Positions 58,361-64,000 of a DNA stretch of 64,000 nucleotides are shown piece after piece; within the stretch, counting starts at the first letter, position 1; each line of letters begins with the position of its first letter. Under the pieces are notes generated by a model. The model made no database searches. It saw only the letters and a program-made list of their open reading frames with translations, and was not told the DNA's origin. This DNA comes from an uncultured Desulfovibrionaceae bacterium. Its GTDB lineage: Bacteria; Desulfobacterota; Desulfovibrionia; Desulfovibrionales; Desulfovibrionaceae. Position numbers and translations under genes: made by a program. The stretch lies in the NCBI GenBank assembly GCA_964368455.1, contig CAYJAZ010000009.1, forward strand, positions 14,941 through 78,940, read 5' to 3'.

Positions 58361-58403
58361 AAAAAATTACTGCCATTCCATAAATCGAATAAAATGGCAG
58401 TAA
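58361..58403 (-). terminator. Intercistronic hairpin/attenuator after dctP
   Basis: ttactgccatt-N15-aatggcagtaa (11-bp stem). A T-run follows on the minus strand. It sits in the 193-bp gap between dctP and dctQM. Confidence 0.55.
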
Positions 58404-58417
58404 AAAGTAAGAATAAA

Positions 58418-59434
58418 TTATTTTTGTGTATCTTGTAGAAGTTTTAAACCTTTTTGATCTAATTGATCTTTATATTCTTCCCAAACCACATTTGTTCTTT
58501 CGATAATTTCAGCACGTTGAGCTTCTGTTAAATCATGGAATTTAATGCCTGCATCAAGCATAGCTTTTTTAGCATCAGAATCTGATGTCACAGAAATTTC
58601 ACGTTGCCATTTTAAAGCGTCTTTTGCAGCTTTTCTGATATCTTGTTTTGCAAGTTCTGGAAGTTTGTCGAAAAGATCTTTATTCATAAATAAGATATGC
58701 ATGCTATAGTTATGTTCTGAATCTACAGCATATTTTAAAACTTCGATATGCTTTGCTGTTACTAAGTGTTCCCAGTTGTTACCTTCAGCATCAACTGTAC
58801 CTTGTTGTAAAGCTGTATACACTTCACCCCATGCAACTGGTGAAGGAATCATACCAAATGCACGTGCAACTGAAGCTTCAACAGGAGAATCTGTTGTACG
58901 AACTTTTAAATTTCTAAAAGCGCCGAGGCTTGTTAAAGGCTGATCAGCAGAAACGAAGTTACGGTAGCCATATTCTGACCACATAATTGTTGTTAAACCG
59001 ATTTTATTAGCAACTGCTTCATAATATTTGCCTAATTCGCCTTCATCTAAAGCTTTATATAGGTTTTGTTGGAATTCAGGTGATGTTACATAAGGCAAAT
59101 CGAAAACCATATATTCACGCGCAAAAGCAGCCATATTAGGAGAAGAACAAGAAGCCATATCAAGCGAACCAAGTTGTACACTTTCTAAAGTAGCTCTATC
59201 ACTACCTAAAACAGCGTTTGAATACAATCTAACTTCAATATTTCCGTCAGAATATTCGTCAACTAATTCTACAAATTTTTCATAACCACGAACCATGTTT
59301 GAACCATTTGGACTCGGGCTAGCAAGTTTTAATCTGATTTTTTTCCCTTCGTAAGCAGCATCTGCTTGGCAAGGTAGTAAAGCAAAAGTTGCTAAAAATG
59401 CCATACTTAATGAAACGATTGACTTAATGCGCAT
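58418..59434 (-). CDS. TRAP transporter substrate-binding protein (DctP family)
   Basis: Signal peptide MRIKSIVSLSMAFLATFALLPCQADA. DctP-like KIRLKLAS....N....Y.KF.ELV...S.G.IEV.LY.N..LG. Confidence 0.85.
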   Translation of the reverse strand: MRIKSIVSLSMAFLATFALLPCQADAAYEGKKIRLKLASPSPNGSNMVRGYEKFVELVDEYSDGNIEVRLYSNAVLGSDRATLESVQLGSLDMASCSSPNMAAFAREYMVFDLPYVTSPEFQQNLYKALDEGELGKYYEAVANKIGLTTIMWSEYGYRNFVSADQPLTSLGAFRNLKVRTTDSPVEASVARAFGMIPSPVAWGEVYTALQQGTVDAEGNNWEHLVTAKHIEVLKYAVDSEHNYSMHILFMNKDLFDKLPELAKQDIRKAAKDALKWQREISVTSDSDAKKAMLDAGIKFHDLTEAQRAEIIERTNVVWEEYKDQLDQKGLKLLQDTQK

Positions 59435-59463
59435 AAAACATCTCCTAAAATAATATAAAATAA

Positions 59464-59491
59464 GGTGGCTAGAAAAATTTTACTAGCCACC
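59464..59491 (-). terminator. Hairpin between the hisD-like gene and dctP (terminator or processing/stability element)
   Basis: ggtggctag-N10-ctagccacc (9-bp stem), T-rich downstream on the minus strand, only about 30 nt before the dctP ATG. Confidence 0.45.
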
Positions 59492-59522
59492 ATTCATCTA
59501 AGTGTCTATTTACCAATTAACC

Positions 59523-60839
59523 TTATTTATAGATAGGGTGTTGGTAAACATTGAAATCGAACTTCTTGCCTGGGTTGTATTTTGTCAATCTCCAGTCACA
59601 AGCACGAGCATGTCCTTCCATACCTTCAACACGTGATAAACGTGAAGCGTATTCAGAAACCTTACATGAAGCAGCTTCATCTAATGGATCTTGGTATGTT
59701 AAGATTTTTAAGTATTTATGAACGTTCAAGCCGCCTGTAAAGTGACCAGCTTTCTTTGTTGGAAGAATGTGGTTAGGACCAGAACATTTGTCACCATGTG
59801 TTACAGTTGAGAATTCGCCCATAAAGAGTGAACCGTATGATTTTAAGTTGTCTAACCACCAGTCTGGGTTATCACAAAGAACTTCTAAGTGTTCTGGTGC
59901 GTATGAGTCAGAAACTTCAACCATTTCTTCACGGCTATCACAAAGGATAACTTCGCCATAAAGATCCCAAGAAGCAATTGGAGTTGCTGGATCTGGCATA
60001 TCGTTCATGAGTTTAGGCATAATTTCTAAAACTTTTTCACCTAATTCACGTGAATCTGTGAAGAGCCATGCAGGAGAGTTTGTTCCGTGTTCAGCTTGTG
60101 AGATTAAGTCGATAGCAACTGTCATTGGATCAGCATTTTTATCAGCTAAGATAGCAATTTCAGATGGGCCAGCAAATAAGTCAATACCACAAACGCCTTC
60201 ACCAGCTAAAATAGCTTTAGCTTCAGCAACATATGCGTTACCAGGACCAGTGATGATATTAGCTTTTTTACCTGTGAATAAACCATAAGCCATAGTAGCA
60301 ACAGCTTGTACGCCACCCATTTCTAAAATAACATCAGCACCAGCTAAATCCATAGCATAAGCAACAGATGCGTCGATGCTATCGCCACGAGGAGGAGTAG
60401 CAGCAACAACAAATGGAACGCCAGCAACTTTAGCAGTTGCAATACTCATCAAAGCAGAACAAGTATGAGCAAAACGACCACCAGGAATGTAGCAACCAGC
60501 AACGTCCATAGGAATAACTCTTTGGCCAGCACGTGTACCAGCAGGTGTTACGATTTCGAAATCTGTGATACTGTTACGTTGAGCTTTTGCAAAAGCAACG
60601 ATTTGTTTATGAGCAAAACGAATATCAGCTTTAACACTTTCAGGAACGCTATCGATTAATTTTTTCTTCTTTTCAGGAGAAAGAATAAATTCGCCTTCCC
60701 ATTTATCAAAGTTTCTTGCGATTTCGTAAACTGCAGTTTCACCGCGTTCTTTAATGTCTTTAAGAATGCTTTCCGCTGCTTCACGAGCTTTGGTGCTAAA
60801 TTCTTCTGCTGAACTATTAGCTCTTTTCAAAAATTCCAT
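59523..60839 (-). CDS. Histidinol-dehydrogenase-family NAD-dependent dehydrogenase (HisD or catabolic paralog)
   Basis: 438 aa. HisD family strings QAEHG (Zn ligands Q/H), APEHLE, GDK.SGPNHILPT, MEGHARA. It lacks the usual YPSSVLM string (GRFAHTCSALM instead) and has a C-terminal extension. Confidence 0.7.
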   Translation of the reverse strand: MEFLKRANSSAEEFSTKAREAAESILKDIKERGETAVYEIARNFDKWEGEFILSPEKKKKLIDSVPESVKADIRFAHKQIVAFAKAQRNSITDFEIVTPAGTRAGQRVIPMDVAGCYIPGGRFAHTCSALMSIATAKVAGVPFVVAATPPRGDSIDASVAYAMDLAGADVILEMGGVQAVATMAYGLFTGKKANIITGPGNAYVAEAKAILAGEGVCGIDLFAGPSEIAILADKNADPMTVAIDLISQAEHGTNSPAWLFTDSRELGEKVLEIMPKLMNDMPDPATPIASWDLYGEVILCDSREEMVEVSDSYAPEHLEVLCDNPDWWLDNLKSYGSLFMGEFSTVTHGDKCSGPNHILPTKKAGHFTGGLNVHKYLKILTYQDPLDEAASCKVSEYASRLSRVEGMEGHARACDWRLTKYNPGKKFDFNVYQHPIYK

Positions 60840-61357
60840 TATCTAATCCTCCAAGATTATTTATATTCTCGCCTCTATAATTTATAAGCAAGAAAATGAG
60901 CAAAAATAAAATCTTCTAAACCCCTCAGTAAAAAAAATTTTTTTTCACATCCACTCAACAACAATACTTTTGTATTACTATTGGTATTATTGATTATGCA
61001 AAATAGAAGCCAAAAAATAAAAATATAATAATTTCAATCAAATAACTTAAATTTCTAAGAAATAAAGAAAAATAGATTGAACAGACAAACAACTAAATAA
61101 GAAACAAAAAATGCCTAATTTTCGGCAAAAATCAGCACTTGCATTTTTTCACTTTTTTTAGAGTTTAAAATAGAGACTTTTTCATATAAATATAAATAAA
61201 ATCAAGACATAGAAGAGCTTGTGATATTTTTAACTTTTTTACAAAAACTTTATTTTTTCTTTACAAACAGAGACTGTTTTCGCAAAATAGTTGAATATTC
61301 GGTAAGTATTTTTTCAAAAACACCTTTTTAGGCATTTTTTTATACGCCATAAATACT

Positions 61358-61390
61358 AAAAGCCTTTTTTGAATTTCAAAAAAGGCTTTT
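61358..61390. terminator. Strong bidirectional hairpin terminator
   Basis: aaaagcctttttt-gaatttc-aaaaaaggctttt (13-bp stem), about 220 nt downstream of the RNase II gene stop. Confidence 0.7.
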
Positions 61391-61466
61391 AGTGTTAACT
61401 TTTCTTTAATAAATAAAAGAAGATGATATTTTCAGCATTTATAGCATTTTACTAGATAGTGCCGTC

Positions 61467-61591
61467 AAATTCAGAGATTTTGTAGAATTTTCAACTAAAA
61501 TGGATTTTCTGCGGAATGGAGTGTATAAAATAATACATGATTGGAGCAAAAAATTCACTTTTAGGAAGAAAAAATACAAAAGAATGAATTT
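61467..61591 (+). repeat. Copy 2 of the ~125-bp leader-like repeat (copy 1 at 2219..2346)
   Basis: Same orientation as copy 1. It has a 16-codon uORF (61537..61587) whose TGA overlaps an ATG at 61584. That ATG opens only a 23-codon ORF running into the convergent RNase II gene. Confidence 0.85.
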
Positions 61592-61608
61592 GACTACACT
61601 ATCTATAA

Positions 61609-63693
61609 CTATTCTTCAACACCTATCACTTGAATTTCGTTTTTCAAAGGATTGATTTTGCCTAAACGCACTCTGATTTCTTGCCCTATAAAGGTATCGC
61701 CAGAAAAGAAAGAACTTTTCGCACGCATAAAGAGTTGTTCATTTGGTAAAGCAAGCGAAATAAAATGATCGTTTTCTTCTGTAATAATTGCCTTCCAAAT
61801 ATAGTCATTGCCTTCATCAAGGGCTTTTTTGCTTTGTTGTTTACAATACAAAAGCTTCCAATAGCGTGGTCGCATTCTTTGCACTTGGCCAACGCTATCA
61901 AGGCTAATATTTAAATGCAATAAAACTTGAGCCAATTCTTCGCTAGTAAAATGCGGCTCATTTTTTTCAAGATAGGAAAGAATTTGTGCTTCGTTTATCA
62001 AGTCAGAATAGCGGCGTAATGGCGATGTTATGGGTGCATAGATATGCAAACCCATGCCCGCATGCGGCCTTGCTTGCAATTCGAGCGTGGCTGCCGAAAG
62101 CGAACGGGCAATTCTTGCTATATCTTCAGGCCTTGTCCAAATTCCGGCATGTTCTGGCGGAATAGCAATATCTTGAGTCCTGTAAAGAAGCGGAATTTCT
62201 TTGTCATTTGCCCATTGTGCCATAGAAGAGTTGGCAAGTACCATATATTCAGCAATAAGCAATTGTGCCTTTGGTGTTTTTTCTGGTAGATCAAGAAAAA
62301 CTTCAACATTTTCATAATAAGCAGGCAAAGTGTCGTCAAATTTTAGAGAAAATTGTGGTTCTACTTTATCAAAGATAACAGCATTATTTTCTATTCTTTT
62401 CTTCAATAAAAGTTGACTCAACTCTTGGCTATCGTGCAACATTTGTGTGTATTTGTCTAAAGAAGTGTCGGTATTTCTTTTTTCAAGTATGTCTTCAACC
62501 TGATTGTAGGTAAGGTTTTTTTCAACCTCTACTCTTGCCCTTATAGGCTTTGTTGAAAGAATATTTGCTTCTTTATCTAGTTCACATTCAACAACTAAAG
62601 CAGGGCAAACAACCTGTTCAAACAATGAATACACGCCTGTACCTAGAACTTCTGGCAACATATGATACGTTTTTTCAGGCAAATAAAGAGAAGTTCCTCT
62701 TTGACTAATAATTTTATTAAAGGAAGAAGAAAAATCCCAATAAGCAGCAGGACAAGCAAAAGCAAGAAGAATTTTCCAGCCATTTTCATTTTTTTCTAAA
62801 TAAAAAGCGTCGTCAATATCTCTTGTTGTCTCGCCATCAATGCTTACAAATTTTTTTTCGATAAGTGGTGAATTATCATTTTTTGCTTGTGTTATCAAGC
62901 TTTGCACTTGATCTTCGTATTCTTTATACCAATGCTCTTCTACATTATATTGAGCTCTATCAAGCCAATAATTATAATGTTCTGGTATTATTTTCCAAGT
63001 TGTAGCAAGTAAGAGAGGTGCAAAGGCATCTTCTGGAATAGCTTTTATGATATTTCGCCATAAAAGTTCGTCGTCTTTATTTTCAAAATCAAGATCTGCA
63101 ATACGTTGCAAAAGTAATTTTTTGATTCTTTCTTGCACTTCTTCGTCTAAAGGGCAAAGAGGAAGATCTTTTTTATTGATTCGGCAATCGTGCAAGATTT
63201 TAAACCAAGCCATACCGCCTTCAACAAATCTTTCTCTATTTTTTTGCATTTTTTCCGCTTCAATTCTTGCATCTACAACATTTTGCGGAAATATTTCAAA
63301 TTCTGGAACAGCTAAACGAAAATGAGCTTTATCATTAAATAAGGCTCTTGCAACAGCAGAAAGCGTGTCTTGATCGGGATCTGAATACACAAGTTCTGTG
63401 AGCCAATGTATATCAGCTTTTTCCACTTCTGATTGCGTCATATCCCAAATATCTTTTGTATTTACTTCTAAAGCTAATGAATTTCTTTTTTCAAGATGTG
63501 CGTTTAAAATTTTGAGCATTTCCTCTTTGGAGTCCACATCTTTTATATGTGGCCCCTGCCAAGGCAAAGCTCTATTTATTTGCAAAGTTGTTTCTCGTCT
63601 ATTTGGCATTAAAAGACGAAGTTTTGTCCCTTGTTCTTCAATAACAAGAGCAGTTTGAATTGCACTATCTTGTAAAAAATCAATTACATACAT
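61609..63693 (-). CDS. RNase II/RNase R-family 3'-5' exoribonuclease (RNB domain)
   Basis: 694 aa. RNB motifs TRDIDDAF and HAGMGLHIYAPITSPLRRYSDL. SD gggag lies upstream of the ATG. Confidence 0.8.
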   Translation of the reverse strand: MYVIDFLQDSAIQTALVIEEQGTKLRLLMPNRRETTLQINRALPWQGPHIKDVDSKEEMLKILNAHLEKRNSLALEVNTKDIWDMTQSEVEKADIHWLTELVYSDPDQDTLSAVARALFNDKAHFRLAVPEFEIFPQNVVDARIEAEKMQKNRERFVEGGMAWFKILHDCRINKKDLPLCPLDEEVQERIKKLLLQRIADLDFENKDDELLWRNIIKAIPEDAFAPLLLATTWKIIPEHYNYWLDRAQYNVEEHWYKEYEDQVQSLITQAKNDNSPLIEKKFVSIDGETTRDIDDAFYLEKNENGWKILLAFACPAAYWDFSSSFNKIISQRGTSLYLPEKTYHMLPEVLGTGVYSLFEQVVCPALVVECELDKEANILSTKPIRARVEVEKNLTYNQVEDILEKRNTDTSLDKYTQMLHDSQELSQLLLKKRIENNAVIFDKVEPQFSLKFDDTLPAYYENVEVFLDLPEKTPKAQLLIAEYMVLANSSMAQWANDKEIPLLYRTQDIAIPPEHAGIWTRPEDIARIARSLSAATLELQARPHAGMGLHIYAPITSPLRRYSDLINEAQILSYLEKNEPHFTSEELAQVLLHLNISLDSVGQVQRMRPRYWKLLYCKQQSKKALDEGNDYIWKAIITEENDHFISLALPNEQLFMRAKSSFFSGDTFIGQEIRVRLGKINPLKNEIQVIGVEE

Positions 63694-63696
63694 CTA

Positions 63697-64000
63697 TTAT
63701 TGGCTCCCAAGCTCTACAGAATAGAAAGAATCAGCCTTTCCTTTTGCCTTAGGGCAATCGTCTTGAAGATAGCAAATTTCACAAGCCCCACGAAAAGGAT
63801 TATGTGTAATTGTTGCAAAAATTCTTGAAAGTCCGCTTGCATTTTGATTGTATGGAATTCCAATTTCTTCAAGCACTTCTATTAAACTGTCAGTAGGTTT
63901 TGGAGCTGGAGCACAACCTGCATCTTCTACTTCAGGCAAAACATATTGCACTGTAGACATGATAAGATTTTGTGCTAAACAATTAAAACGAAAAGAATCT
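63697..64000 (-). CDS. Hypothetical Cys-containing protein, probably 5'-partial (frame open to the window edge)
   Basis: The ORF track starts at M 63960, but the frame has no stop up to nt 64000 and there is no SD before that ATG. The stop lies 3 nt before the RNase II ATG. C-terminal Cys pattern: GACEICYLQDDCP. Confidence 0.35.
   Translation of the reverse strand, partial: DSFRFNCLAQNLIMSTVQYVLPEVEDAGCAPAPKPTDSLIEVLEEIGIPYNQNASGLSRIFATITHNPFRGACEICYLQDDCPKAKGKADSFYSVELGSQ

Noticed and set aside
61106-61340. A 13-bp inverted repeat (aaaaaatgcctaa / ttaggcatttttt) spaced ~210 bp apart, considered as the ends of a small element.
   Set aside because: It is mostly A/T with a 3-4 nt GC core, so chance occurrence is plausible. 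No other copy or flanking duplication was seen.

Overview
AT-rich chromosomal segment from a diderm (Gram-negative) bacterium; I did not compute base composition or assign a lineage. No rRNA, CRISPR array, transposase, integrase or phage gene was seen.

Left third (1-15.7 kb): housekeeping genes (a 5'-partial MoeA-PBP fusion, infA, an AsmA-like giant protein, ilvB, rpsT, uvrB). A CcrM/HinfI-like methyltransferase plus a small PD-(D/E)XK nuclease (a type II R-M pair) is grafted onto the uvrB 3' end. A DUF1269 membrane protein, a free-standing 42-codon membrane-peptide gene and a DctPQM TRAP transporter follow.

Middle (15.85-46.3 kb): a tightly packed glycan island of 25 genes and about 30 kb.
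- It is built around the pseudaminic-acid pathway: pseB, pseC, pseF, pseI and a PseA/WbuX-type amidotransferase. No PseG or PseH is recognisable.
- The pathway genes are embedded in 4 radical-SAM enzymes (2 B12-binding paralogs, 1 SPASM type, 1 apparently domain-permuted), 4 ATP-grasp ligases, 4 class-I methyltransferases, 3 GT2 domains and a sialyltransferase-like transferase.
- No Wzx/Wzy, exporter or initiating transferase lies in the window.
- This is my best candidate for an undescribed system: a heavily tailored nonulosonic-acid glycan pathway.

Right third: a repeat-rich autotransporter, tRNA-Asp, two hsp20 genes, mtaB, a FUSC-like membrane protein, a dus gene, rlmN, a second TRAP system (DctP plus fused DctQM) next to a HisD-family dehydrogenase, an RNase II-family gene and a partial ORF.

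Non-coding DNA holds the second main observation. A modular, hairpin-rich repeat family occurs once after mtaB and as a 634-bp tail-to-tail inverted pair after rlmN, with compensatory substitutions in its palindromes. Separately, a 125-bp leader-like repeat occurs at two distant sites.
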